This document shows positions 43,523-55,773 of a stretch of DNA of 64,000 nt, one piece after another. Position 1 is the stretch's first letter, and the number at the start of each line of letters is the position of its first letter. A program made the translations under genes and the position numbers. The stretch spans positions 124,001-188,000 of the forward strand of contig NIVC01001981.1 of the NCBI GenBank assembly GCA_002269645.1, read 5' to 3'. Source of the stretch: Macrostomum lignano. Taxonomy: Eukaryota. The notes below the pieces were generated by a model. It was not told the DNA's origin. It saw only the letters and a program-made list of their open reading frames with translations, and ran no database searches.

Positions 43523-46500
43523 TAATGATTAGCAGCCAGGGAATTAATTGCTTGCAGATTAATCTGCAACACTGCGTCGAAGCCTCGGTCAACCTTATGC
43601 GTTACGCCGAGCTCGACACGCCGGGGCTCATCCTCGTCCAGGAACCCTGGACTCTTAGAGGTCAGCCTCAGAACGCCCCTGCCGGCTATAACTGTTTTTA
43701 TACTTACCCTCGCGAGGCCAACCAGCCTCCCAGAGCTTGCATCTTTGCGAGCAAAACGCTCAGTGCGTGGCTCAGATCGGACCTGTCTAACAGGGACATC
43801 TGCGTCATCCAATCCGAGGACCTCCTTCCTGGGAAGACCACCCTCATAGCCTCGGTCTACCTACCAGGCGATGCTGCGGTCATCCCCAGAGCCCTCGCTA
43901 CGCTGGTCGAGCTCTGCTCTGCCAAAAACTACGAGCTCATGGTTGCCGGCGACATCAACGCCCACCATACTCACTGGGGCAGCACCGGTATTAATCAGAG
44001 GGGCGAAGACCTCCTAGCCTACGTTGCCTCTGCAACTCTGGGTCCACCCCTACTTTTGACAACGGACGCCACGCTCGCAACACCCAGACTCTACCAGAGT
44101 ACTGGGGCGTGGTGGGTGCTTCCAGCGTCCTCACTCTCTGATCACAATTTCATTTCCTTCAACCTGATGGCCGCGCGTAGCGCAACTCGTGTTACGTCGA
44201 GACGGAACGCCAGAAACACTGATTGGGAAACCTTCGGGCTCACTCTAAAGGAATTCCATCGATCTCCTGGCCAACCATTCACGATCACGTCATGCCAAGA
44301 AGCGGATGAGTGCGCGACTGTGTTGACAGAAACGCTAACCGCCGCCTTTGAGGCATCCTGCCCTTTAAAAGCCTATAAGGGGAAAAAATCCGCGCCGTGG
44401 TGAAATCCCGAGCTCGGCAACCTCCGTCGCAGAGCTAAGAGACTCCACCGCAGAGCTACTAAAACTAAGAGCCCAGCGGACCAAACCGCCTATCATGAAG
44501 CAATCCATGAGTTTAAAAGGCAGGTTAGGAATGTGAAAGCACTTACGCTGGACAAAATGTCTAACCTTTCCTCGGTGAAACGCACCGACGGTACGTCCAC
44601 GGACAACCCAGGGGAAACGCTTGATGTAATGCTCACTGCGTTTTTCCCCAACGAGCCAGCTAACCCGACCACTCCGGATCACTCGGAGGAAGGTCACGCC
44701 CTAGCTGCCTCTATCATCACGGAGGACCGCATCGTGAGAGCGGCTAACTCCTTCAAACCTTTCAAAGCCCCAGGACCCGACGGCATCGTACCTGCCCTTC
44801 TAAGAGAGGCGGTTAAATGCACAGGCTTCCTGCGTAAACTTTGCAGTCTTCTTTGGGCGTGCATCACGCTTGGTTATGTCCCGCAGGCATGGACGGAGGC
44901 AAAGGTGATTTTTATCCCTAAGCCAGGCCACCCGGACTACCATTCTATCAAATCCTTCAGACCGATCAGTCTGACCTCCTCCCTGGTCAATCTGATGGAG
45001 AGACTGGTGCTGTGGCGCCTTCTTTCCGTAGAGCTGAAGAACAAGCCTCTCAGCGAGAACCAGCACGCCTTTCGGGCGGGTCGCTCCACTGAAAGCGCGC
45101 GGCACGTCCTGGTCGATAAACTTGAGAATGCCGTGCTTGGTAGCGGCTTCGCTCTGGGAATCTTCCTGGACATCATTGGCGCCTTTGATAACGTCCTCTT
45201 CGAGGCGTTCCGAAGAGCTCTTTGTGAGAGGCAAACGCACTCACATCCCACCAGATGGATCATGTACATGATCAGCCATCGCACGGCCACCGCCAGTCTG
45301 CTGGGCTACAAGAGGACGGTTCCCGTCTGCAAAGGTATCCCGCAAGGTGGGGTGCTGTTTACAGTTCTCTGGAACATGTTCATCGATGAGCTCCTTCGGG
45401 ATGCTCGGCCTGACCCCATTCTGAAAGTTGGATATGCGGACGATGTCACCGCAGTGGCATCTGGTCCGTCCCCTGACGTTCAAGCTCGGTGCTTGGTGGT
45501 GCTTGACGTTCAAGCTAAAGCCAAGAGGGCCCTCGCAGTCCTCGCACAACTGCGCAGGGCTGTCGGCACCACCTGGGGGCTTACCCCCAAGCGCCTCTGG
45601 TGGATCTACACTGCAATGGTTAGGCCTGCTATCTCGTATGGCGGCCTGATCTGGGCTAGCGCTCTGCAGATGAAGACCTGCCTGAAGGCTCTCAGGAGAG
45701 CGCAAGGGCGCGCATGCCGCATGATCATGAGCGCCCCCCGTCCTTACGATGGCCTCAACGCCTTCCTCAACATTCCCCCACTAGATATCTTTGTCCGCAG
45801 GGAAGCGGCTAAGACTGCCCGCCGTCTAGCTTACGCTGGCATTCGTATCCTGCCCCATAGGGTCGTGGCTAAGCGCAAGCTCCTGCCTCAGGCCGACCTC
45901 TGCCTTAAAGACTTGAGAGACAGCGGCGGGCTCCACGTCTTACCTGACGGTGAACCCCGCACTCTCAACCTCCTTCAGCGCTACAAGCTCACCATCCCCT
46001 CTAGGGATGCTGCCAATGACCTCTGGAATTCCCAGGAGGTCCATTGCTACACGGACGGTTCCATCAAAGACGGCCACGCCGGCTTTGGGTCTGCATCATC
46101 ATCAGCGACCGCGTCATTGCCACGCATACCCAGCACACTGGCGGACTCTCCACAGTCTTCCAGAACAAAGTCCTTGCCATCAGCTCCTGCGCTGCAGAGC
46201 TGAACGCCAAGGGTACGAGAGGAAAGACTATTGTCATCCAATCCGATAGCCAAGCGGCCTTACAGGCCCTTTGCCACACCACAACGAACTCCCGGACAGT
46301 CGCCGACTGCGTCCGGCAGCTCAACCTCCTGGCCAGTAGCAATACTGCCAGGCTGAAGTGGATCCCAGGGCACGCAGGGTTTCCGGGGAACGAGCTGGCA
46401 GACACCCTCGCCAAGAGGGGCGGCTCTGGCTCTTTCTTCGGCCCCCCTGGTCCCTATGCCCTTGAGAGTCATCAATCGTCAGATCGACGACTGGGCTGAC

Positions 46501-46923
46501 TCCCTCCACAGGAACAGATGGGCGGGCACCCAAAACTGCCGGCAATCTCGTGCCGCGGTTCCCTGCCCGTCTCGCAGGCTCAGTAACATCCTTCTGAACC
46601 AGAATCGGAAGGATATCCGAGCCCTTGTCATGACCCTTACTGGCCATGGCTACCTCGCCAGGCACTGCTTTCTCCGAGGTGACCTCGAGAGCGAACTTTG
46701 CCCCTTTTGCGAGTACGACAATGAAGATGCTCAGCACTTTGTTTGTCACTGCCCCTTCTTTAACAAAGACCAGCTACGCTACCTCGGGCCGAACCCGTCC
46801 ATTGACGAGGTCTGCCAGCCCGACAGCATCCCACGGCTCATCCAGTTCCTTCGGGCGACTAGACGAGCCAGTTTCTTTCCAACGGAAGATCACGCTGCAG
46901 GACGGACCGGCGGACCACCCTGA
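43519..46923 (+). pseudogene. LINE ORF2: AP endonuclease - reverse transcriptase - RNase H - Cys/His motif, disabled
   Basis: LQINLQH/LVQEPW/GDINAHH/SDH (APE); KAPGPDG, FRPISLTS, QHAFR, FLDIIGAFD, GIPQGG, GYADD (RT); YTDGS, SDSQAAL, WIPGHAGFPGNELADTLAK (RNase H); CPFC...HFVCHC. Stop at 44401 (PW*N for PWWN), frameshifts near 46090 and 46450, deletion after YADD. Confidence 0.95.
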
Positions 46924-48869
46924 CCGGCCCCACGCCTCTGCCTGTCTGCGGGCCTTCAGGGGCTGGCGGAATGGGCGACCCTCGCCTCCCCGCTGTGTCT
47001 ACGGACCACCCTGCAGCTGAGTCAAAGTAAGTCAAGGTGTCAATTTAGAATAGAAGGAATTCCAAATCCAGCCATCAAAGATTTTCCGTGTAATATCCTT
47101 TTTCGTCATGCTTGGCAAAGATGAGTAGCCAATTTATTGAGGCGAAGGTTGCAGTGGACCGACCGAAAGCGAGGAGCATGAAGTTTCAAGTTCATATCAG
47201 ATCAAGTTCATATCAGAGTAAGTCTATGTGTGATCTCTTGAAACTAGGCTCCGATATAGTTCTGCATCAGCACTTATATCTGTCGCGACGAGTTGACACT
47301 ATTCCAGGCCAAAAGCGAGCCAGTACACATACATTTATTTTCTGGGAGTTCAGTATTGTTCTATAAGTAGTGCACTCAGCGGTTTATACAAGCTCGACAG
47401 TAAATGAACCTATTGCAAAAGAGTCCTCTCTCTATCCTTGCATATATGATAAATGCGATTGAAGTCAATACTGTCATTGCTAAGATTTCTGCTCATACTC
47501 GCTGATTTTGCACTCTGATCCTCAGCTTCTATTCCATGCCCTGCAACAGGCGCACTCTCTACTTACTTCATACCACGACTCGATCATGACAAGTAAGAAA
47601 ATAGGCAGAATGGCTAATGCCCTGAACTGCTGGCCCTGACCTTGGCCCATGAAGTTTGGTTTATTATTTAAGTGAAAATAGAAATTAGAAAATGGTGAGC
47701 AAAAAGGGGGTGGAGACCTGCAGCTGGCTGACAATACCAAGGACAGTGCAAAAGATGAAAATACCTTAACAGACACGGTCGACAGGCAGGGTTGCATGGT
47801 GCGGTGGTTGTCGAATGGTCACGGCGGAGGCTGCAGTCACGGACGATCCATGCCAGAAGCCTCGGATTGGGGTCGCAATAAAAGATGGGGAGGTTTGGTC
47901 TCGCGGGAAAACAGAACAACACAAGGGACGGAAAGAGTAAAACGAGTACAGGTCCCGAACCAGGGGAGCTCGAGGAGAAAAAGTAGAAGAGCAACGATGA
48001 ACCGATGGTGCTCAAAAAGAGCTTCTATTTTAGCCCTGAGACCACGTGACACGCGATCACGTGAGAAATCTGTACGATATTGAAGGCCGTGACCTGTCCT
48101 TGACCCCGTTGCCAAGCAACCCTGATGACGTCGCCAGACAGCTGCGATGTGATTGGATAAGAAATTGGGGTGGAGCGAAGCGGAGAAAATGATTTTATGA
48201 TGGGGATTACGTAACAGGCGGGAAAAAGCTTGGGGAAATAGGGAGGGGGTCATAAATATTTCACAGCATGAATGATGTCGAGCAATAGAAAGGAGGTGGG
48301 TTTGCTGATTGGGGGAGTGGGTAGGTGATAAGCATGACTCAACCTAATGAGCCATCACGGGGGGAGCACAGGTATCACAGGGGAGTAAGGGATGTGGGGA
48401 AAAATTGGTGGGGAGGCCCAGGACGTGTCTACATCACATTCATATACGTACTGTGCCTGTGTGTGTAAGGAAATAAAATTAACATTGAATCTTTACTTTC
48501 CTAAACGAAAAGCTCTAGGAAAGGCAAGACAATCAACAGATGAACAATAGATCTCAATTCTATCAAAAGCTATGGCAACTTTTGTTCTGAAAAATGAATT
48601 GAAAAGCTCATATCTCCGTAATGTATTTTTCGGTAAAACCTGCCTCCAAAACTTTTTCGAGAAACGTAGTTTTCTGGCCTTCTACTTGAGTAGTCTTTCG
48701 TTCGAACGGGTTGGAGGCAGAGGATTAGCTTCGTTCGGATTAGCTAATTTCTAAATTTTAATTTTAAAATTCTCCCTGTTAGTTTCTCACCGGCTTCTCT
48801 TAGCTATGGACCCAGCTGCTGACCATCTGACCGGAGTGAAAGTCCAGAGCTCTAGGCGATCAGTTTTTG

Positions 48870-49008
48870 CACTCCTAGATCCTAGATCTCAGATCCTAGA
48901 TCCCAGATCCTAGATCCCAGATCCTAGATCCCAGATCCTAGATCCCAGATCCTAGATCCCAGATCCTAGATCCCAGATCCTAGATCCCAGATCCTAGATC
49001 CCAGATCT
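48870..49008. repeat. 14-bp tandem repeat (CCTAGATCCCAGAT, about 9 units)
   Basis: Direct periodicity. Confidence 0.94.
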
Positions 49009-49706
49009 TATGGATCCTGAGATACTAACGCAGCACAGTTAAACCAAGCATGCAGTGTAAAGTAAAGTCCAAAGATATAATATTTCATATAACTGTCTTG
49101 CCTATTCATTGGGTGTGACTATGACTGGGTGTGCCTATTCATTGGGCGAAGTTTTTTTAACTGCTCAAGCATAATTCTACACTGTATTTCGGACCATTAA
49201 TGTATGATAGTTTTATAACTGCAAGCGCATATGTACAGTTCCACCAATGACCGCCTAAAAGTTTTATGATGACTGGGACCCACATCAAATTATAATTGAC
49301 TCCAATGAGGCTGAGAGGCGAAGTACTGCTTCATGCAGCATTAATCCTCAAACTCATCCCTTACTGTGTCCACCCACATTTTTGATGCATAAAAACTAAC
49401 TGATACATGTAGGAATGTATCCCACTGCGTGACGGATGTACATGTAGGAATTTGCCACGCAGAGACAAATCAATTAATTTAGTCACTAGAACCAATAGAA
49501 AACAACAGTGGGAAGGAAAATTTTCTGTTTGATCCTCCGTTCCCATGACAACGTGGGAAATAGATTTTTGCACATCCCAAAACAGTTGAAACTGCTACAA
49601 ATACAATACGTGCATGCGATCGAAAGAGACAGCAAAAATTTCACACCGCCTGTTGGTCAGCAACTCAGTCGCACAGCCAACTTCTAATTCTGGCCTAGTG
49701 CTAGTG

Positions 49707-51010
49707 ATGAAGACAATTCTCCATTTCTTATCGGCACTGCTGACTTCTGCTCTGGTGAGCAGCGCGGCCAGATTCGAGCTGCAGCTAGGAGCCACGAGCA
49801 ACGGAACTCATCCCTTTGCGTTTGAAGTCGCGCAAAGCTTCAGCCAGCGCCACTGTGCCGAGCTGTGCTCACAAATAGCCGAGTGCTTCGGTTTCTACTC
49901 GGCGCAGAACAAAGCGGGACCCTGCGGACTCTTCAACGCGTCCGCCTTCTACTGGAAGAGCTCGTGGATATCCGCTGGGTGGGAGCAGCAGCTGCAGGAA
50001 GTCTTCTTGCTTGTGATTGGTGAGTCTCATAGTTTGGGAAGCGTTGATAAGTCTTCCTCCAGAGAACTGTTGCGATCACCTGCGTAAGAACAGCTCGGAT
50101 GGCTCCAAAACTGTTGAGGTTATACAATATCGGAGCCTAACCTGATGAATTGCGCTAGATATCAGTCCAGTTCCCGTGCGTCCATGATTGCTTATAGTAT
50201 ACCCATTAAATTTTAAGACAGTTAATTTCCACGGCTTTGAAGACAATTGTTCTTTTGTGAAGACTTATTTTGTATAAAATCGGTCGATGTTCTAAGTTCT
50301 CTGTCTAAAGCGTCCTGCGCCAAATTAAGGATATCGCTGAACTAACTTGGGGTTCCAAGCTGATTTAAGCTGCTACCAAGCTGAAAACAGAGCAAATGGA
50401 CAAATAAAATTAAGCTAAGGTCAAAGCATAGGCGAACCACAGGCGGGAAAAACCATCCACAACAGAAGCTACAACTACATGTAGAATTGCACGCACAGTA
50501 TAAGAGGCGCAGCGAAGACTTGCAAGTGCTTACAGAAATGTACGCTCGTATTTGCACCTTACAACAGCTGTGAAAAGTAACCAACAGCAAATATCCATTT
50601 TAGACTTCAATATTCAGAAGCTTACAATGTCCAGTTGCAATCAGACTTCGACAGCAGGAACAGCGGAATGCGGTCGAGCTCTCGATGGAAACAAAGACCA
50701 AGTGTACGATGGAGGATCCTGCACTCACACTCTGCAAGAGCCTAACCAATGGTGGCAGGCTGAATTCCATCGACCGTCGATTGTCACGCACGTTGTCATC
50801 TACAACAGACAGGAGTGCTGCAGAGAGCGACTTAACAGCTTCGCTCTGCTGGTGAACAACGCTGTGTGCGCTACGGTTAACCTCACAACTTCATTCTTGG
50901 TAGGCAACTTCTCCTGCTGGGGCGCCGGCACCAGCATCCGCTTGGAGAGTCACCTGTTTGACGCAGTCACACTGTGCGAGTTCGAGGCCTTCGGCGTCCA
51001 CTTTCCCTGA
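49707..51010 (+). CDS. Secreted PAN/apple + F-type (fucolectin) lectin; exons 49707-50019 and 50604-51010; 239 aa
   Basis: Signal peptide MKTILHFLSALLTSALVSSA; HCAELCSQIAECFGF...CGLF (PAN); RALDGN, SCTHT, WWQAEF, IYNRQECCRERL, VTLCEFEAF (F-type lectin). Phase-1 intron G|GTGAGT ... TTTTAG|AC joins in frame. Confidence 0.88.
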
Positions 51011-51661
51011 TCAAATGGCCACGATGACGCCATCAACATAAAAGGATCAAGATTTGCGGAATTCAACTTCTGACGAAAACAAGCCTCTAATTTCTATTTA
51101 CAAAGATTATATGATTAATCTCTGACTTGAATGTAATTGTCAATTCACCCGATTAGTGGCCGTCAGCTGATATTAACCGAAGTGACAGGAACAAAATTTA
51201 CTTGTTACAATTCGCAACCACCTAAAATATGCTTTAAACATTAATGACGCAATCTTTGCATATTTTTGTTGTCTAAAGATTATGCTTTAGCTTTGCTTTT
51301 TGTTCCTGTTTTTCATTATTTTTATTTTTAATCCTGCATCCTCTTTGCAAGTATATGCATAGAGCGTGTCAGCCATTGCCGTACTCTTAGCTGATATTGT
51401 ATTTTTGAGTTCGAGTTGGATAGTAAAATAATACTTTTTTTATTCGTTACGAGTTCTGCCGAAAATCGAAATTTATTCGCATTTTGAAGTTCCTAATCCT
51501 TTATCAGAATAAGTACTAATTTTATCAGGATATTTTCTTTTGAGCTTTTAGGTAACCTACGTCTCTATCTCAGATCTACGAATCTACGAATAGAATTAAA
51601 TTTAATTTTACTCATTCTCAAAACAAAAATAAGTAATGAATTACCTGAAGACTCTCAGGAG

Positions 51662-53188
51662 CAAGGGCGTCGCCTTGTATGTTATGGTGTGGGGACAAAG
51701 TCAAGAATTCTACATGTACATGTACATTATTTTCAGAATCGGTGTTTTTGGCTCATTTGGCGCCACAGGCACTCATTTTAGCGCCGCAGGCACTCATTTT
51801 AGCGCCGCAGGCACTCATTTTAGCGCCGCAGGCACTCATTTTAGTGCTGCAGGCACTCGTTTTAGCGTCGCAGGCACTCATTTTAGCGACACAGGCCCTC
51901 ATTTTAGCGCCGCAGGCACTCATTTTAGCGCCGCAGGCACTCATTTTAGCGCCGCAGGCACTCATTTTAGCGACACAGGCACTCATTTTAGCGCCGCAGG
52001 CACTCATTTTAGCGCCGAAGGCACTCATTTTAGCGTCGCAGGCACTCATTTTAGCGCCGCAGGCACTCATTTTAGCGCCGCAGGCACTCATTTTAGCACC
52101 GCAGGCACTCATTTTAGCGTCGCAGGCACTCATTTTAGCGACACAGGCACTCATTTTAGCGCCGCAGGCACTCATTTTAGCGCCGCAGGCACTCATTTTA
52201 GCGCCGCAGGCACTCATTTTAGCGCCGCAGGCACTCATTATAGCGCCGCAGGCACTCATTTTAGCGACACAGGCACTCATTTTAGCGCCGCAGACACTCA
52301 TTTTAGCGTCGCAGGCACTCATTTTAGCGCCGCAGGCACTCATTTTAGCGCCGCAGGCACTCATTTTAGCGCCGAAGGCACTCATTTTAGCGTCGCAGGC
52401 ACTCATTTTAGCGCCGCAGGCACTCATTTTAGCGCCGCAGGCACTCATTTTAGCGCTGCAGGCACTCATTTTAGCGCCGCAGGCACTCATTTTAGCGACA
52501 CAGGCACTCATTTTAGCGCCGCAGACACTCATTTTAGCGTCGCAGGCACTCATTTTAGCGCCGCAGGCACTCATTTTAGCGCCGCAGGCACTCATTTTAG
52601 CGCCGAAGGCACTCATTTTAGCGTCGCAGGCACTCATTTTAGCGCCGAAGGCACTCATTTTAGCGCCGCAGGCACTCATTTTAGCACCGCAGGCACTCAT
52701 TTTAGCGCCGCAGGCACTCATTTTAGCGCCGCAGGCACTCATTTTAGCGACACAGGCACTCATTTTAGCGCCGCAGGCACTCATTTTAGCGCCGAAGGCA
52801 CTCATTTTAGCGTCGCAGGCACTCATTTTAGCGCCGCAGGCACTCATTTTAGCGCCGCAGGCACTCATTTTAGCGCCGAAGGCACTCATTTTAGCGTCGC
52901 AGGCACTCATTTTAGCGCCGCAGGCACTCATTTTAGCGCCGCAGGCACTCATTTTAGCACCGCAGGCACTCATTTTAGCGCCGCAGGCACTCATTTTAGC
53001 GCTACAGACACTCATTTTCTGCGCCGCAGACGCTATATTTTGTCACCCTGAAGTAAAATTTTTGATTTCCATAGCGGAGTCACAAGGTTGGGTGGGTGGG
53101 TCAAAGCATTGGCATGTCTCCCCATAGCTTTTACTGGGGGCGGACATGTCCTCCTTGCCCCCTTGTCCCCCCGGTGGCGACGCCCCTG
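51662..53188. mobile_element. hAT MITE (1527 bp), same family as 39396-39815, TSD CTCAGGA(G/A), inflated by a 21-bp array
   Basis: Ends CAAGGGCGTCGCC / GGCGACGCCCCTG; shared unique flanks (GGACAAAG.CAAGAATT.TACATGTACAT; AAAGCATT.GGCATGTC.CCCATAG); 7/8 TSD. Confidence 0.92.
51751..53030. repeat. 21-bp minisatellite (GCAGGCACTCATTTTAGCGCC, about 61 units) inside the MITE
   Basis: Direct periodicity; explains the 471-, 482- and 420-aa repeat ORFs. Confidence 0.97.
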
Positions 53189-54012
53189 CTCAGGAAGGTG
53201 TTCAATAAAAAAACAACTGTCGAAAGAATGCTCGAATCATGAGTCATTTGGTCGGTGAAGTGAATTTGATTTCTTCACTTGTGTGTGAATCAATAAATCT
53301 AGATCGCATTTCCCTGTTCTCCTACTCTGAATGGTTCTACGACGTATAGTCAGCAGTGTGTGAGACCTGGAATCGGTTGATAGCATTCGATGAGCATCCA
53401 GAGCTCTATCATCGTGCAAGAAGCGGTGAGCTTGTCTGATTGTCGACAGATGAATGGCCGGAGTATCCATATTGTGACATGAGTCAGTCAGTTTTTTCTC
53501 GACAATGATCGCAATGCATTCATTTGGTCAAAAATCCTGCTTGACCGTTTCAAAAAAGCATGTTTTTCGAATATCTATTCCCTTAGCATTGAACAATTTC
53601 TAAGCCAAGACACGTGTACCGTCGCCGGAAAATTTCTAATCGAACGGTGCAAGTTCCATGAATCGTTTTTCTTAAATCAATCGCATACCTACAGACATAA
53701 AGACAACTCATTCTTAGTGTAATGGAAGACTTAAATCCTCTGCAGTAAGGCTTTTTGAGTTCAAAACTCTGTCTGAAATATCTCTGTCTGAAAACTCTGT
53801 TCAAATTGATCATGATGAACTGCAACAGAAGATGTCCCCCCCCCCACGTGGCTCCTTGGGCAGGTCCTGTTTTTGTAAGGGATCTTTGATCTCGCAGTCC
53901 TCATTGTTTCGCAGGCCAGTTTATTGTTTGCTAATCTAAAGGGGCGCTTTAATTCTCGATAAGAAATTTCTAGCGCATACTTTTCAGTTACACAGTACCA
54001 TTGAAACTGTAA

Positions 54013-54366
54013 ATTAGCTCTATGGCAGGAAGGGAGACAACGAAAAGCGCTTGGTGAGAACACGGGTGGCACAATCGAGCCCGTCAAGGTATATTTTATT
54101 GTAATACGAACACAAAAAAAATTCAACGGCGCGAGAACGAGCGATCTTAGCTCAAAGTGAGGCCTAAAAGGCACAAAACACACCACCCAACCCAGCGCCG
54201 CAAACCCACCCCCACGGGTGGAGCCAAACAACCCCTCCTAGCCAATCGCAAACGCCGGTTAGCCCACGCCGTACAAGCCGGCTAGGCAAACCGGTCATTA
54301 GCTCTATGGCAGGAAGGGAGACAACGAAAAGCGCTTGGTGAGAACACGGGTGGCACAATCGAGCCC
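54013..54366. repeat. Perfect 70-bp direct repeat (54013-54082 and 54297-54366) around a 214-bp spacer
   Basis: ATTAGCTCTATGGCAGG...CACAATCGAGCCC is identical in both copies. Confidence 0.92.
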
Positions 54367-55773
54367 AAAGCCAAAGCCAAAGGAGCAGTTCGGTATTGGC
54401 GCATTGAACTGGCAGTCAAATTCTCCAGACATGAACCCATCGAGCATATCTGAGACTTTGTTAAGTCCCGATACAGAAACTAGTAGCATTAAATAAGCAT
54501 TGCTTAACTTTTTTACCACGTGAAAGCGAAATTTGGAGGGTTTAGCTGTTGCTGAGTACATATTAATGTATGCACATGTATGCCTACCCGTCATTTGACT
54601 TTGGTAAACTATGTAAATAATATATAGTAAATATTTTATATTTCATAGTAAATTTTATCCTTTTACATGTGTGTGCAAGTTGGGTCCCATCTGCAGTACT
54701 GCAAAAGTTGATACTCATACAATCGCCCTTGAGTCGGTGTTAATAAATAGGTGGGTATTGCGCTTGCTAAGACTTTTGAACCGTAATTGGACTGCAGGAG
54801 GTCTCAGGCCTTGAGTCTCAGGACTTGAGTAGACATACCATCCAGGCTACAGGTAAATAGAGTATTTTTCAGGCTATATGGTCGTGTGAGGTAGGAATGG
54901 CGAGAAAATTCCGAGTCATTCCTCAAATAAACAAACTGGCCGCCCACACTTTGTCAAGCAATAGCTCGAAATGAGCAGAACCCGCGCCCGCTACAAATGC
55001 ATGCAACTGCACAGACAATTCCTGTGCATTCACACCCAAAATTCCATTTTAGCCTTTAAGCCAGCCCCTGCTCGCGGAAATTATAGGTAGAAAACATGCT
55101 TGTGTAGCTAGCTATTGAATGCCGCACAGAGCAGAATAGCTGACAGCACTCATGCGGGGACTTCCGCATTGTGAGCCTGCGGCCATGATTACACTGACGC
55201 TTAAAGCATTAATATAATACGGCTACTAGGCACACGTAGCTAAATGTGCATTCGTTGAGCCACTGTGTGAAATAAATTCCCACGAGAAGAGAATGAAAGA
55301 TTTTCCATACCCCATGGGTGGAGATGGAAAAGCGTCGTACATGGCTGAGGTAGAAAAGTCAACACCGATCAATCTTCAAAGGCCAATGGCTGGGGGCGCC
55401 TTGCCTCAGAGCCTGCCGAATGTACACTCGCTGTGTGCTCTCGGAGCTACACTGCTTTACTGCTGTACTTATTTTTAGGGCGTAGACAACTTCAGAGGGA
55501 TTTTTAGCAGGTAACGAGTGTGATCCATATTGCCGTTATACCGGGCCTGATAAACAATCGATACATTATAAAAATGAAGTTCGAAGTTAGACTTATCCGT
55601 TTTGTAATCATTGCCAGCTTTTGTTCTATCAGTAAGTAAGGGTTGACTGGGTCTAAATTTAGTCTAAGTTTTGTCTACTCATTTGGGTGTTTGAATGTAC
55701 TAGCGTACATGTAAAACGTAAACTTTTACATGCACGAGCGTATTATGCTTCTTCTGCAATTTTAACTCATCAG

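Larger units (their letters stand above)
41584..47037 (+). mobile_element. Full-length, disabled non-LTR retrotransposon of the LOA/R1 (I-group) type, about 5.45 kb
   Basis: 11-bp TSD TGTCAATTTAG (41573-83, 47038-48); ORF1 + ORF2 (APE, RT, RNase H, C-terminal Cys/His motif); short GTCAA/AAGT repeat tail. Confidence 0.93.

Noticed and set aside
42878-46749. Minus-strand ORFs over the LINE, and antisense ORFs over the CTR9/TACC exons
   Set aside because: Shadow ORFs of GC-rich coding sequence on the opposite strand.
47540-48270. Possible minus-strand solo LTR downstream of the LINE
   Set aside because: LTR-like composition, but no TSD or convincing inverted termini.
51636-53127. Long ORFs of 471, 482 and 420 aa in three frames
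   Set aside because: By-products of a stop-free 21-bp (7-codon) array inside a MITE; no splice or domain evidence.
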